A DNA stretch of 64,000 bases from Felis catus (Eukaryota), in assembly GCF_018350175.1 (NCBI RefSeq), contig NC_058382.1:53446001-53510000 (forward strand), written 5' to 3'. The notes under the pieces were generated by a model that saw only the letters and a program-made list of their open reading frames with translations, did no database searches and was not told where the DNA came from. Numbering within the stretch: the first letter of the stretch is position 1; each line of letters starts with the position of its first letter. Positions 13,165 through 26,801 of this stretch are shown piece after piece. The translations under genes were made by a program, and so were the position numbers.

Positions 13165-13166
<2 letters not shown>

Positions 13167-13208
<42 letters not shown>
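13167..13208. repeat. (CA)n microsatellite
   Basis: Directly visible. Confidence 0.95.
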
Positions 13209-13209
<1 letters not shown>

Positions 13210-14720
13210 AGGTAAAGCCATAACAAAAGTCCCTTTTGCCTTTCATATATTTTGAGGACAATGAAACCATTCAATCAGTGCCCAAAATGATAATTATCTT
13301 TTTGGACACATGACCTCATATTCCCAATCTATTAAGCACACAAAATCTGAAAATGAGTGGTATTAGCGATTGCACTGAAATGGATACAAGGGAATTGAAA
13401 CAAAATAAAGCCTGCCTTAGTTTTGTAATCCCCAAAGGAATACATACTGAGAGGACGGGTGACTTAGGACCCTTAGAAGAAAAGAAGAACACAGAAAACT
13501 AAAATAGTGGATGCATGTGGTTTTTTACTTGCTAGATGCCTGAACTTCATTGCTTCAGGTCACCTCAATTTGGGGTGGAGGTGGGGGTGAAATGTTGACT
13601 CAGGTGTGGGTAGCAATTATGATGGCCTATGACCAAATTCCATGTTAAAGTGATTGGTTCCCCAACCTCCCCACAGTGTTTATTGCTGTTGTTGTCAAGA
13701 TCCTGGATAGCCATTAACATTCTGCTAGCGGAGCCAATCCACAGACTGGTTACCTACATCAGAAACAACTCCTGCAGTCCAGACTCCATTCTAGGGGCAA
13801 CCTCATCTTCAATTTCAGAACCCTCTTTGTCTAGAAACGTGGGTGCCAGTTGCACCCAGCTGGGGCATGTTAGAAGATGTGTTGCTCTCACAAACCATTC
13901 ACTGATACGGACCCATCAGTGATCCAGGAGAGAGGACAGGCATCTGGCATCTCTCCAGTGTAGGGTCAGCAATCCCCCCAGTCTTTCTGGGACACTTCCC
14001 GCACAGAAAAGGAGCTGTCACCTGTTTGAATCTTAATTTCGTATTGCACCATCCATAGTCCCCAAAGTCATTGCTGTTAGTTCTCCTAGAAGTCCTAGAA
14101 GTGGGTTCTCAGGCAAATGGAAACCTTGGGCGGGCCCCAGAAGTTCTAAGGTGGGAATGCTGATCAAGTGTCTCGATTGCCATCCCTGGACCTCTCTGAG
14201 GCCCCCATTCTAGCCCCCTGGAGACCCACATTAAAAATGCTTCAGAGCAGGAAAGCTGGTTGATGGATTAATCAATCAACCAACAAGTATTTACTGAGAG
14301 CACCTAATTTTTACTCAGCAAATGCTGACTGGAGCGGATGGTGCAGTGACAGGTAATGCAGGACTCTTCAAAGTCAGACAGAGGACGTGAAAATGATACT
14401 CAGCTCGCCACGTACTCATTCGACAGTTAGCCGTTGAATACCCACGCATGAACCGTGCAGTATTCTGGGAGATGGAGGCAAGGAATGCAGATTAAACTTT
14501 CATCTCATGGACTTTATAGTCTATCAGAGTCGTGATTTTTTTGGTGTACTGAAAATAAAGATAATGTGTGTTATAATTGGAAAACAGGCTGCTTACAGGC
14601 TTATGATGGTCAAGGAAGTGAGGAAATTTAAACTTTAGACTTTTGAGACCTGGAAGGGTATAACCAGGCAGTGGTTTGGGAATCCGTTTTGGGTGGTGGT
14701 TGATGAGAGGGATGGAAGCA

Positions 14721-15182
14721 TGTACTGGGTTGGGCAGTGTCTCCTCTCCCCAATTCATGTCTACCCAGAACCTCAGGACGTGACCGTATTTGGAAATAGG
14801 GTCCTTGTAGATGTAATTAGTTAAGATGAGGTCATACCGGGTTAGGGGGTCCCTAAACAAATACTCACAAATGACTGGTGCCCTTTGAAGTAGACCTTGT
14901 GAAGATACAGACACACACAGGGAAGATGGGCATGTGAAGACAGAAGCAGAGACCAGAGTGACACAGCTAAAAGCCAAGGGACATCAAGGGTTGCCGGCTG
15001 TCATCAGAAGCTGGGACAGAAGTAGGGAACAGTTCTTCTCTGAAGCCCTCAAAGGTAGCACGGCTCTGCTGACTCATTGATTTCAGACTTCCAGCATCCA
15101 GAGCCATGAGAAAATAAATTGCTGTTGTCTTGAATCACCCGTTTGTGGTAGTTTGTTACGGGAGATGTAGGAAACCAGTGCG
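14721..15182 (+). mobile_element. MaLR solo LTR (MLT1C-like)
   Basis: Starts tgtactgggttg; gtgaccgtatttggaaatagggtc...gatgtaattagttaagatgaggtcatac; 3' aataaattgctgttg...ttgtggtagtttgttac. Confidence 0.88.
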
Positions 15183-15479
15183 GATACTGAACTGGAGTCA
15201 CGGAGATCACCAGGCTATATGATGGACAAGTCCTGACTCAGGGGGTTGGAGGGGCCTGGTGAGAAAGAATAAGTGTAGTTTTGGGTGGTTGCAGGCAAGA
15301 TGACGATCGAAGACCCTCGTCGAAGAAACAGTATCTTCTCAAGGTCGCTTCATGATCAGTAGGCAACCCATAGGAGCACGAACTGGAAACTACTGAGCTT
15401 CTGAAGGCTCAGCTCCATTCCTGGGACAGAATAAGAGAGGAAGCAAGTAGAGAGGGACGGAATCGCTGAACACCTTCCA

Positions 15480-15720
15480 TTCGACTCCACAGGTATTTAT
15501 CGAGCCTGGCCTGCTTCATGCCCCCAAGAAAGTCAACAGTGCAAATCAGGTGCAGAATGGAAACAGCTCGAACCAAGGGGATCCTGGCGATCACGAAAAT
15601 AAAGGGAAGGGATTTAAAAAAGTGCTGAGAAAATTAATAACTTTCTGTTGAAGGGTGGTCAGGCTGTCTTCCGGAGAAGAAGTCATCTAAGCAGGGGTTA
15701 GAAGGATTGCTCAGGGCCGG
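15480..15720 (-). mobile_element. L2 3' fragment
   Basis: caggtatttatcgagcc...agggtggtcaggctgtcttccggagaagaagtcatctaagcagggg. Confidence 0.5.
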
Positions 15721-18700
15721 CTGGTAGATAAAGGTGGAGGAGAGAGGAAAGACTCAGAATGTGCTGTTACATCTGAACGATCGAGGAGCAGCCACGCCTG
15801 ACTCCAGAGCCTCATCCAGCACACTGAGGCACACAGAGGCCGTTGAGGGAGTAAATGAATGCATGAACTAATGAAGTGACCCAGAAGCCAAGGGAGGAGA
15901 GTACTTTGGCAAGGAAGAGAGGATGATGCACATCGTCGAAGGCCAGAGGGAGGCCAAGGAGGACAAAGATGACCACAAAGCAAAGAGCAGGTTGCTGGAA
16001 GCTTGGGAAGATCCGAGCTTCAGAAAAGTCCAAGGGAGTCTCCTGGGAGCTGAGAAGAAAAGAGTAAGCAGGAAAAGTCACTTGGCAGGAAATAAAAATA
16101 TATATATATCAGAAAAGGGTCCATTGGGAGTGTTTGAGGGGCAGATTGTGTCTGAAGGTAGAGGAGAGGGAAATGCGAAGACGTTGGAGACATAGCTCCT
16201 CTGGGCCCAAGGGTGGGTGGATAAACGAAGCAGCCAACATTATTAAACACCTAGTCCATGGCAGGCACTGTACTAGCCGTTTTCAAGTACATTGTTCTCT
16301 GCACCTGATATCAAAACTTCACCTGAAATGTTAGCTTTAGAAAGAAGAAACCGGTTTTCCTTTAATAATGGGGAACAGGGCAGACAGACAGATCACAGAA
16401 GCAAATGGGTTGATAGAGATTTCCTGCTCATTCACCAAATATCCACTGGTTACCTTCTCTGTGCTGGACACTCTGCTAAGGGCCTCAGATACTTTACCCA
16501 ATGGGAACCTTATAGCAACCCTAGAATGTTCTGTCATGATCCTCATCTTGGAGATGGGAAAATGGACGCTGTTCAACTTTTGTCAGATTATTTCCACATA
16601 TAGGCCATTACCGATAAATCCAGGATCCAAAGCTGAGTGGGTCTGGACTCAGTTTCTTCATCTGTAAAACTATGTCTCAGGGTTATTGTCAGGTGGAATC
16701 ATGGAGAAAGTGCTCAAGAAATGGAAGGTATTGTTGTCCCTCTTTTTTGCCCTTTGGAATGAGGTCTTCAGGTCCTTGCTAGACCTTCACCCGTCTGCCA
16801 ACATTCTCCATTGCTCTTTGGAGTTGGAGACTTCCCGAAGGCCCAGAAGGGTGTCATAAACAATACAAAGTCAAATCTATCTGCTACCTTGGGCCCAAGA
16901 TGTCTGCTCCTTGCTCCCAGAAAAGAAGCCATGTTTGGGATGCAAACCAAATGCAGAATGTGACCAAAAAGCAAAGGGTGCCTCCAAATGGGATAATGCA
17001 AACTGAGACAATAGTTTCACAGATCAATAGGAAACCTTTAAAGGCCACTGATGAGCTAGACTGCAGGGATGCTCCTGTTCTGGAGAAGGAAAATAAAATG
17101 GATCAATAAGAGACGAAACTGATACAAAATGGCTGAGATATACTCCCTGCTCCCAGGTGCTCTTTGCCAAGCTGATTCTCTGGTCAGATTTGTTCCTTCC
17201 CTTCCTGCCCTTGGTGATGGGGTCCTAAGGCCCCAGCATCAGAGAAACAGGCTGGCAAACAGAATCCTGATAGCAGATGGTGGAAGAAAAGCCATAGGTC
17301 TCGTCTCTCTGCTCTGGTTACTGGTTACTACAACCAGGGGCAATTTGCCTGATTACAACCCACTGGGTGTAGGGAGAACCTCAACTCTTTACCCCCACCC
17401 CCCAATCTCATTTATATCATGCATCAGCAGGGTGCTGCATTTTAAGGAGTTTTCTGGTGCAACTGGGGATTCATCTACCAACTGTGTGATCTTGGGCAAA
17501 TGTCTCACTCTCTCTGTCTCAGTTTCCTTATCTATAAATAGGTGAGCACTGTTGTGATGGAATAGTATATAAGTGATGAGTGACCTCTTCCTCGTCATGG
17601 CCAGTAACATCAGCATCGCCAGCCCAGCAATTAATACCGAGATGGCTGAATGCCCCCGTGGCTTTGTGGCAGGGGGCGGGTGGTGTAAGGGCCAGAAAGA
17701 TGTAACTGATTCACTAGCTGGTCTTGAGCAAGTTGCGAATCTCCTCTGATCATCGTGGAAACCATCAGGGACCCAGCACAACATCTCTTCTGGTTAGGTG
17801 AGGAGGCAGATAAAGCACTTAGCACATGCTGGGCACGTAATGAGGACTCAGTAAGGGCCCCGTGACTTAGGTCTGTGATTGGTTCCCCAGCAGAACTCTT
17901 TAAGCTAAAATCTTGGTGAGCCCAGATTGACAACTCAGAGTCCAAGTCAAGAGAAAGACAAAAGGATCCATCTGGGGGAGGCGGAGGGAGAGCAGGTGGA
18001 AACCTCCATCGTCTAGCTGGGTGCTGGACTGAGAGAGGTCCAGGCAGGCTTAGCACCCTTTGAGAGACAGAGCCCCCACTTTCACTCAGGCTGCTTGGGT
18101 GCCGCTAGGCAGTGCAAAAGGATGAAGGGCTTTTCCTCTTGGGCCCCTGAGCACCTCCTTTCAATAGCTGGGAGCTTCCTGTCTCCCCACCCAGCCCCTC
18201 CATACCCACCTTGCTGCTAGGTGGCACCATTCTCGGTCTAGGATCACAAGGGCCAAGATGACCACCCTTGTGCCATACGAACTGTTTCATTCAACACGAC
18301 CTGAGCCCCTACTGTGTACCAGGTACCATATCGGGCAGCAGGGACCATCAGATAAACCCAAAACAGTCTTTACCGTTGAGCCCATCCTGCACTAGCCAAT
18401 TAACTGCAGACATCACATAACGCCCCGTTCCCTACCACTCTCACTATGCCTGAAAGAGACACCTTTTGAGAATCTGAAACTCTGTTGTGTTTTGAACTCC
18501 TTATGCTGCTTCTTACATAACCCATAACCTCCCAAAGACGCTTCCTTTTTCTCCTTCACCATGATGAGTTGTTTACTTCTCCGCTCATCCCTCCTGGCTT
18601 TTTGTTCCGCAACATGTTCTTTCTGGTGTTACACGGGAATACTCTCCCCGCATCTCGTCTCTGCTCCTTGTTGGCCAATTTTCCCTACTGGCAGATGGAG

Positions 18701-19759
18701 ATACTCTCTTTCTGTGTCTCTATTTCTCACGACTCTAGATAAGTGAATACCCAAGAGTCTGGGTGTCCAACTCTGCCCCCCCCAACCCCCCAGAGGGGAA
18801 TCTCATTAGCCTGACAGCCGATGTTCCCTGTGTGTGGTCTGCAGCGTGTCTGGGTGAGGCAGATTGTAAAGAAAAGAGACAAGGCAAGCCAACCTTTTCC
18901 TCCTATTCTCTTACTGACAAGGAATCATTCCACTGCAATGTTTCTTCTGCTGTCCTGTTCTTATCACATGCACAGTGTGGTCCCTCTGAGTTTTCTTAGG
19001 TCATTTTAGACTTCCCTTTAGCAACTGCGTCTTCCACAAGGACCTCCTCTTTGAACACAAAGAAAACCTCTGCATGCCGCCTTTCTTTCTTTTTTACCTC
19101 CCTCTTCTTTATCTCTTTTTCACGTGCCGATTGCTTGGAAGCATGACGGGCTGACATCTGTTGAGTGCCCTACATGCTGGGTGTTACAACATCTTCCACG
19201 AACAGAGCTCACGGAGAAGCGATTAGCCTCTGTGTGACAGCGAGGAAACTGAGGCTAGAAAGCGTAAGCCACATGTTGTAGATCACACATAATTACGTGA
19301 CAGGTCTCCAAGACTCCGTGCTATCTGTCCTTTGAAATTCCCACACATGGGTGACATATGCGAATGTATGTGAACCCAGCCGGTTGGGTCCGTATGACAT
19401 TCATTACAGAAAATGTTTGTTTGATTATTCCTCATTCCTGATCCTCAATGAGGGTCTTTGTGCTGGCTTTGGAATTACCATCTTCTAGGTGATTCTGTGT
19501 TCGAAGTTTTACAACGAAAAGGATATACATTTGGGCAAATCTAGGGCAGGGAGAAGAGCCAGAATGCCTGAGTTCCAATCCCAGAAATCCCTGTCAGATG
19601 GCCTCAGGCTATGAGGAACGGTAGGAGCACCTTCCTAGTAGGGGTTGCTATGGGTCTTTTGCTTCTCAGCTGTCCCCTCCTGGGGACTTAGGGTGAGGAT
19701 CACGTGGTCAGTAGACTCCTGCTGGGCACAGGCAGTGCTATAAATGGACACTGATGATT

Positions 19760-19955
19760 TCTTATCTGAGATCTAGCTGCACTCGTTACCTGTGAGACTC
19801 CTGACTTCAAGATAAATCTCTCGACATCACGAAACTTCATTTTTCCCGTTAATAAAACGGAGGTAACACTCTCCATGTTGCAACTTTGCTATGAGCCTCT
19901 GATGAGATAAGCCACGTAAAGCTGCTAACTCAGGCACTTGGTCATAGCAGGTGTT
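19760..19955 (+). mobile_element. MIR
   Basis: cttcatttttcccgttaataaaacggagg...atgagataagccacgtaaagctgct...ggcacttggtcatagcaggtg. Confidence 0.6.
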
Positions 19956-20934
19956 TTCTGGCTGAGTACATGCCAGTTCCCTTCCCTGTGTTTGAGCCAG
20001 CTCAAAGCCCTATGTACTCAGGATCCATGGAAGGAACTAGAAGAGGGAGACAAAGAAACAAACAAACTTTGGGGCTGGATCTGGCTGAAGATCAGCTTCA
20101 CAGGGCCAGCCAAGGAGTCTCTTATTCTCAGTTCCCACCAAGGGGTGGTCTGGCTTGAGTAACCCACTGAAGTCCACCCCACCCCTTTCCGAGGTGGTCC
20201 CCCAAACTTCTTGGTGAGTGGCCCTACAGACGTGGCTTCTTTAAGGGGGACGGGGATGTAAAAGATTATTCATGTCTGCATCGGGCTCTCTCTGAGTCAC
20301 TCCAGAGCCCGTGGTAACTGGAAGAAAACATCCCAGATCAATACCACATTTCCAGATTTCATTAGTTTTTAATAGCCCAGGGCTCTTTTGGAAGGCAGCT
20401 TCGGGCATGCATAAGTTTTTGGAGACCAAGAGAAATGTTAAGAGGCCACCCTTGGACTTTGGACTGGAGGACACCCTGGATCCTCTGACTGACATGAGCT
20501 GTCTCCCTAGAATGCCCGGGGACCGAGTGTCTCTCCGTCCTGTGCAATCAGGCTTTCCTAAGGACACCATGAGCTTGGTCTCAGTGTCTCTCCCCAAATC
20601 ACCAAGTTCTGACGGTAGCGTCACTCAAATGTCCACCTCTCTTTATCTACCATGACCCCCCGAGTCCAGGCCAACACCCCGGGAGAGGTCAGCCTCGGCA
20701 ATCACTGAGCCTCCCGGCAGCCAGAGCAAGCTCTGCTGACTGTCACGGGAAGTGTGTGCCATTCTACCAAGCTCTCGCTGGGCTTCCACTGGGAAGACAG
20801 AGCTGCCGGCTCATCTCATGAAAACCCCCTTCCTCCTCTACCCCCTCCCTCCCTCCTTCTAATTCAGCTCTCCGGGGCCTTTTGTTGTTTGCTTCCAAAA
20901 CATGCCAGGGGGTCGTAGAGTCACGGCCTTCATC

Positions 20935-21125
20935 TCTGACCTTCCCGTAGCCCGGACAACTCTTCCTCCACCCTTTGATGAAGTTTCATGGTTATTTCAT
21001 TGGTCGCGTCTTGTTCGCCTCTGAATACCCCGTAAGAGTACTGTGCCTGGTACATTACACACAGTAGGTGCTGTGGCACACAGAGTAGGCCCACACTAAA
21101 TTGTGTTGAAAGAATGAAGGAGTGA
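20935..21125 (+). mobile_element. L2 3' end
   Basis: tcttgttcgcctctgaatacccc...tgtgcctggtacat...cacagtaggtgct...ttgtgttgaaagaatgaa, a typical L2 terminus. Confidence 0.6.
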
Positions 21126-21628
21126 GTGCGGGAAGGGGATCCTCCGGGAGGCTCGCAGTTCTCAACTGCATTCTTGGGGGTGGGTAAGGTGGGTATGGGT
21201 GTATGTGAATGGAGGAAGAATCTTCCGGAGTTTGGAGTGCTCCCTGCTACCACCCTTCGATGGCTCCCCACTGCCCCCTGGACAGAGCCCAAAGTCAGCT
21301 TAGTTTATAGGGCTCTTGATGAATTGTTCTGCTCTCCCCTTCAGAGGTTCCTCTCGTCCCATTTTTCCCACTCCCTCTGCAGCACATATAATGTGTTTCT
21401 GCGCCTGTGAGGCTGGGCCCCTCATGCTCACTGTCTGTACCTTGCTGCCACTGGGACCGTTTCCTGTGATGTTCTCTCGAGACAGCCTCCATGGCACCTC
21501 TGGGGGGCGGCTGGGTGCCCTTTCTTTGTGTTCCCTGCACTTTCACCTAAAACCAGAGTCTCCAAAGTGGGGCAATGCAGGGCCTTCTTTTGGGGAAAAA
21601 TACAAACTACATTATTTTTTAATTTCCT

Positions 21629-21676
21629 ACCTTTGTAGGAATTAAAATTCCCACCTTTGTAGGAATTAAAATTCCC
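21629..21676. repeat. Perfect 24-bp tandem duplication (acctttgtaggaattaaaattccc x2)
   Basis: Units at 21629-21652 and 21653-21676. Confidence 0.95.
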
Positions 21677-21747
21677 CACCAATGCACCTATATTAATTTT
21701 AAAAGAGGAATATAAATGTATACAGGGGAATACGGTCAACAAATTCA

Positions 21748-21949
21748 GGGGCACCTGGGCGGCTCAGTCGGTTAAGCAGCCGACTTCAGCTCAGGTCCTG
21801 ATCTCACGTCCTGTGGGCTCGAGCTGCACCTCAGGCTCTGCGCTGACGGCTCGGAGCCCGGAGCCGGCTTCGGATTCTGTGTCTCCCTCTCTCTCTGCCC
21901 CTCCCCTGCTCACGCTCTGTCTCCTTCTCAAAAATAAATAAATATTAAA
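21748..21949 (+). mobile_element. CanSINE
   Basis: ggggcacctgggcggctcagtcggttaag head, CT segment, aataaataaa tail; no clear TSD. Confidence 0.9.
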
Positions 21950-22261
21950 CCAAATCATAGCAAGTGTGCATGGTCAGAAAGGTTTGGGATCATAATGACA
22001 TATTCACAGGGCGTTGTATTTGTCTGGCTTTTGTCTCTTCTGAGACGTCCTGAGAAATTCACCAGGAAAGGAATGATGTACAGAGTGGCATTGTCCAAAG
22101 GTGGCAGAGGAAATGGATTTAGAGGGTACACAAAGAAGGAACCCCCGAAACACTGACTCCTGCCCTTTCCAGTTCTCGCTCACACAGGAGACAGTGTAAG
22201 CTAGCTGTGAGCCTGTCAGCATTCTGAGACACCCCCTGGGTAACACTTGCCAGTTTCCCTT

Positions 22262-22501
22262 TTTATTTGTTATTTAATTTATTTTTTTAATGTTCATTTA
22301 TTCTTGAGAGACAGAGACAGAGCATGAGCAGGGGAGGGAAAGAGTGAGAGAGAGAGAGAGAGAGAGAGAGGGAGACACAGAATCCGAAGCAGGCTCCAGG
22401 CTAAGCTCAGAGCTGAGACGTGGGGCTCGAACTCACGAACCGTGAGATCATGACCGGAGCCGAAGTCGCACGCTTAACAGATCGAGCCACCCAGGGGCCC
22501 C
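22262..22501 (-). mobile_element. CanSINE
   Basis: Reverse body with expanded (GA)n; approximate TSD gtttccct(t/g)ttta. Confidence 0.9.
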
Positions 22502-23395
22502 AGCCTGTTTCCCTGTTTAAGAGAGAACTTAGGCTCTAGGTTCGAGTCCTTGAGAGGGGCCTCCTACGCGGCCAGAATCCAACAAGAAAGCTTTATTTTC
22601 ATTGCTCCCTGTTATTCGCGGCAAGTAACATTGGTTTTTCTCTGCTAGCTTTTTTTTTTTTTCTGTGCACACTGTCTTAAATTTATTTAAAGAGTGATTA
22701 AAGTAAAAAACTATTTAAGTAAATTATAATACATGTAAAACCTGGATACGACAGCTCATTTACATTTGGGAGACACAAGGGCAGTATAGTCAACATGATC
22801 TTTGAAATATGGAGACTTAGTTGGGTTTCTGACCCTGGCAGTGACTGAATGAGTGACCACTGGTAAGTTTTCTCTGAATCTGACTCTGAAATGGAGGTCA
22901 AACTATTGAGCTCGCAAGGTGTTTTGAAGATCAGTATTAATGTATGTGAAGACATTTCCCAGGGCCCGCACCCGCTTGGTAACTGACGTAGGTTTATTCA
23001 GTGAGTGAGAGGTGAGTAGGAAGGAAATGAATCTCAATCAGTGAATCTGTGAGCCTGGGTCCTCCCTGAAAATCCCATCGATCTTAGCTGGAATGAGTCA
23101 GGTTCTGGAGGGTCCCATTCTCTCTCTGCTAGGGCCCCCCATTTCACACCCTGTAGGCCTTTTCCCCGGGAACCTGGGAAAGTTAATGAGCCCTTCCCAG
23201 TCCCCGAATTTGCTCCTTTGGAGGGATTAGTTGTGAGAGGACAAGGGACCGTGGGTGAGACCTACACTTACTTTATGACTCTATGGAATCCTGGCACAAC
23301 ACTGACTGCAGAACATGCCAGGTCTAGAAATATAACTTCTGCTCTGACAGTAGGCGAGTGCCCCACACAAAGAAGTGGTCAAGACCAACGGTGCT

Positions 23396-23617
23396 GGGGG
23401 TGCTGGGTGGCTCAGTTGGTTGAGTGGCCAACTCCTGGTTTTGGCTCAGGTCATGATCTCATAGTTTGTGGGTTCGAGCAATAGGTCGGGCTCTGCACTG
23501 ACAGCATGGGAGCCTGCTTGGGATTCTCTCTTTCCTTCTTTCTCTCTCTGCTCCTCCCTCACTTGCGCTCTCTCTCTCAAAATAAATAAATGCATTAAAA
23601 AAAAAAAAAAAAAAAAA
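23396..23617 (+). mobile_element. CanSINE
   Basis: Head gggtgctgggtggctcagttggttgag, long A tail; TSD agaccaa(c/a)ggtg. Confidence 0.92.
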
Positions 23618-23863
23618 CAGACCAAAGGTGATGGCCACCAGACCCAGGTCCTGAGACTCACACCTTTTCTAAGAAACATCGTGTTCATCTTCCTGAAAAC
23701 AGAGAGACGGCTGAAGGGCATCATGAACCAGGTCTTGAAAGAGTGTATCTGGAATCTTACACATAGGCTCTGCAGGTGTGACCTTATAGGCCAACATTCA
23801 GTCCCATCCCTAACACAAACAAAGCCGTCCCACTTTCCTTTCAAAATGAAGGCTGTGTTTTTT

Positions 23864-24073
23864 TTTTCAACGTTTTTTATTTATTTTTGGGACAGAGAGA
23901 GACAGAGCATGAATGGGGGAGGGGCAGAGAGAGAGGGAGACACAGAATTGGAAACAGGCTCCAGGCTCCAAGCCATCAGCCCAGAGCCTGACGCGGGGCT
24001 CGAACTCACGGACCGCGAGATCGTGACCTGGCTGAAGTCGGATGCTTAACCGACTGCGCCACCCAGGCGCCCC
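23864..24073 (-). mobile_element. Young feline CanSINE (SINEC_Fc-type)
   Basis: gaccgcgagatcgtgacctggctgaagtcgg...cgactgcgccacccaggcgcccc; TSD atgaaggctgtgtttttt at 23846 and 24075. Confidence 0.95.
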
Positions 24074-24643
24074 GATGAAGGCTGTGTTTTTTAACGAGGC
24101 CTTTTAAACAAACAAATGAACGAGCAAACAGACTCCTCTTATCTACATGGTTTCTCATTTTTTACTAGTCCAGCCCAATCTGCTTCATGCTTTGGCCCCC
24201 AAAGGGTGAATGTGGAAATGCCCAGACTTCTTAAGTCACAGTATCGCTTCTGTTGCATTCTGTAAGTCGATACAAGTCAGAAAGACAGCAGAGGTTCAAG
24301 GGAAGGGGCTCCTTCTCTTGACAGAAGTATTGGCACATGTGTATGGGAAGATGAGGAATTGTAGGGGCCTGTTGTGTAGGCGATCTAATGCACATCTGTG
24401 CGCGCACACAAACACACACGCCAATTCATGAAAAGTAGGGTTCACTTCTGCTAACATAGGGCTCGGGATGAGTATCAGTCCCCCCTGATTTCTGCCATGG
24501 GGTCTCCGCTGGATCCCCAAGAAAAAAGACCTCGAGTCCTCCTGCGTTGCCCTCACTATCGTTTCCATTGGAGGAAAATGCAACAGAAAAGGGTTTGAGG
24601 TCAAATGTACAAATATGCTTCTGGGACCCAAAGGAGGGCCTTG

Positions 24644-24645
<2 letters not shown>

Positions 24646-24687
<42 letters not shown>
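24646..24687. repeat. (TG)n microsatellite
   Basis: Directly visible. Confidence 0.95.
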
Positions 24688-24689
<2 letters not shown>

Positions 24690-25589
24690 ACGTGTCTATG
24701 CACACAGCAGTGTGTATCTAGAAGCGAGATGGAGGTTATTTTAGACTTTAGATCCGTTTCTTGAGCTGTCCTGTGATGCCCTGCCCTCGGCCCATCTTTT
24801 CCTGCCCCCAAACCTTTGCCCAGACACCCCTCATGCACGACCCACCTGCCTCGGGCACAAGACCATGTCTTTTCCCTAATTAGCAGATCAAGATCCACGT
24901 CCTGCCCTTCATCATGACTCTTCGGACACAAACAAGTCTAGCAATCTTAACTTTACTCTGAGAGATGGTAGCTAGTGGATAGGAGCCGGCCAGATGGCAA
25001 GGCAAGCCGGGAAAAGACAGAAAACAGACTACGTTAGCTTTCGGATCTGGAAAAGAGAACGGCTACATAGCTATCCAGCAGGATTTCTTTTCTGGTTTCC
25101 CCTCACAGAGTCACTTCAGTGGGGTTATGGGGTGAGAGGAGCTGAGCCTTATAAGGAAAAAAGACATACATACACATCATCTAGAAGCAGACGCTAAAAT
25201 GTTGGGAAAGACTTTAGGCTAGGGCAACAACATAAAGCACATGTTTACACTTGGAGATTTATATTCGGTTTAACTTGTTTTGGGCAGAGAAGATAAGTGC
25301 GAAAATGATTGTAACACATTTCGGCGTCCTTAGCAATGATTTTCCCTTATTACCAACCCAAGGCTGTATCTGTCATGACGTAGCTAACTCTCTTTAGCCA
25401 AAAGGGAGAGAATTTTCTGTGTAAGTCAATACATGTATAATTCCATACATCAAGTACAAACAGAGCCATCGCTTTTAAAATGCTGCACCCCAGAGAGTGA
25501 AGTACCTCTGGGCTTACAGAAACCAGTAGAAACGTCCCCGAACTGGAAGCAAATAACATGAAATGAAAACCTCCCTTCAAAAATAAACA

Positions 25590-26138
25590 CTGACCGATGA
25601 AACCCAGAGTTGTTTCTCTGGAAAGATCCACAAAGTTGATGCGCCTTTAGCTACAACAACCAAGAAGAACGAGAGAGAAGGTTCAAATTACTCGTATCAG
25701 AAATGGAAGCAGAGACATTACCACCAACTTGACAGAAACAAAACAGATTGTAAGAGAATCCTATGAGCACTTGTATGCCAACAGATGAGACAACCTAATT
25801 GAAATGAACGAATTCCTAGAAACACGGACTGCCAAAACTCGAGGAGGAGAAGAAGGATATTGAGTCAGTAATTAAACCAAATAAACATCGAACAAGGAAA
25901 ACCCAGGACCACATGGCTTCGCTAGTGAATCCTACCAAAGATTGAAAGGATAACCGACACCAAGCTTTCTCAAACTCTTCCAGAAGGTGGGAGAGGAGGG
26001 AACCACTTCCTTGCTCAGTCTGAGACCAGGATTACTGTGATACCAAAACCAGGCAAAGGCGTCACAAGGAAAGAAGTCTACAGACCGATAACCCCTGTGA
26101 GGAGAGACACAAACCTTCTCAACAGGGAAAGCGAAAAG
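25590..26138 (+). mobile_element. L1 ORF2 internal fragment (post-endonuclease region to start of RT), decayed
   Basis: Degenerate equivalents of ORF2 'IRNE.GDITT..TE...I.R.YYE.LYAN..DNL.EM..FLE', 'PGP.GF..EF' and 'RPI.L...D.K.LN'. Confidence 0.88.
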
Positions 26139-26147
26139 ACAACTAAA

Positions 26148-26450
26148 TGTGCCCTCCTCAAATTCGTGGGTGGAAACCCTGCTCACCACTGTGATGGTAT
26201 TTGGAGGCGGGGCCCCTGAGAGGCAATCAGGATGAGATAAGCTCATGTGGGGGGAGCCCCTCATGAGTGGGGTTAGTGCCTTTGGGGAGTCACCGGGGAG
26301 CTCGCTTCTTCCGCTCTGTTCCCCGTCATGCGAGGATACAAGGAGAACTGGCAGTCTGCGGTCGGGAAGAGGGCTCCCAGCGGAGCCCAAAGATGCTGGC
26401 ACGCAGCTCTCAGAACGTCTAGCTTCCAGAACTTCAAGAAATTCATTTGA
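26148..26450 (+). mobile_element. MaLR LTR (MLT1A/B-like), 3' truncated
   Basis: caaattcgtgggtggaaaccct...tgtgatggtatttggaggcggggcc...catgcgaggatacaaggagaa...gcttccagaact. Confidence 0.82.
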
Positions 26451-26480
26451 TCTTCCCAAATCAAAGTTTATTATTATTTT

Positions 26481-26700
26481 TTTTTAAATTTTTTTTTCAA
26501 CGTTTATTTATTTTTGGGACAGAGAGAGACAGAGCATGAACGGGGGAGGGGCAGAGAGAGAGGGAGACACAGAATCGGAAACAGGCTTCAGGCTCCGAGC
26601 CGTCAGCCCAGAGCCCGACGCGGGGTTCGAACTCACGAACCGCGAGATCGTGACCTGGCTGAAGTCGGACGCTTAACCGACTGCGCCACCCAGGCGCCCC
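26481..26700 (-). mobile_element. Young feline CanSINE
   Basis: Near-consensus, CpG-intact; perfect 19-bp TSD caaagtttattattatttt at 26462-26480 and 26701-26719. Confidence 0.96.
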
Positions 26701-26770
26701 CAAAGTTTATTATTATTTTAACGTTTAGGGGCTTGCATATATTTTTTTCCTCTTTTGCTTCTTGCCAAAA

Positions 26771-26800
<30 letters not shown>
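26771..26800. repeat. (TCAA)n microsatellite
   Basis: Directly visible. Confidence 0.9.

Positions 26801-26801
<1 letters not shown>

Noticed and set aside
23446..24049. Recurrent ORFs with 'GAWVAQSVK', 'GAPGWRSRLSVRLQPG' or 'EPASDSVSPSLS' peptides here and elsewhere
   Set aside because: CanSINE translations, not a gene family.
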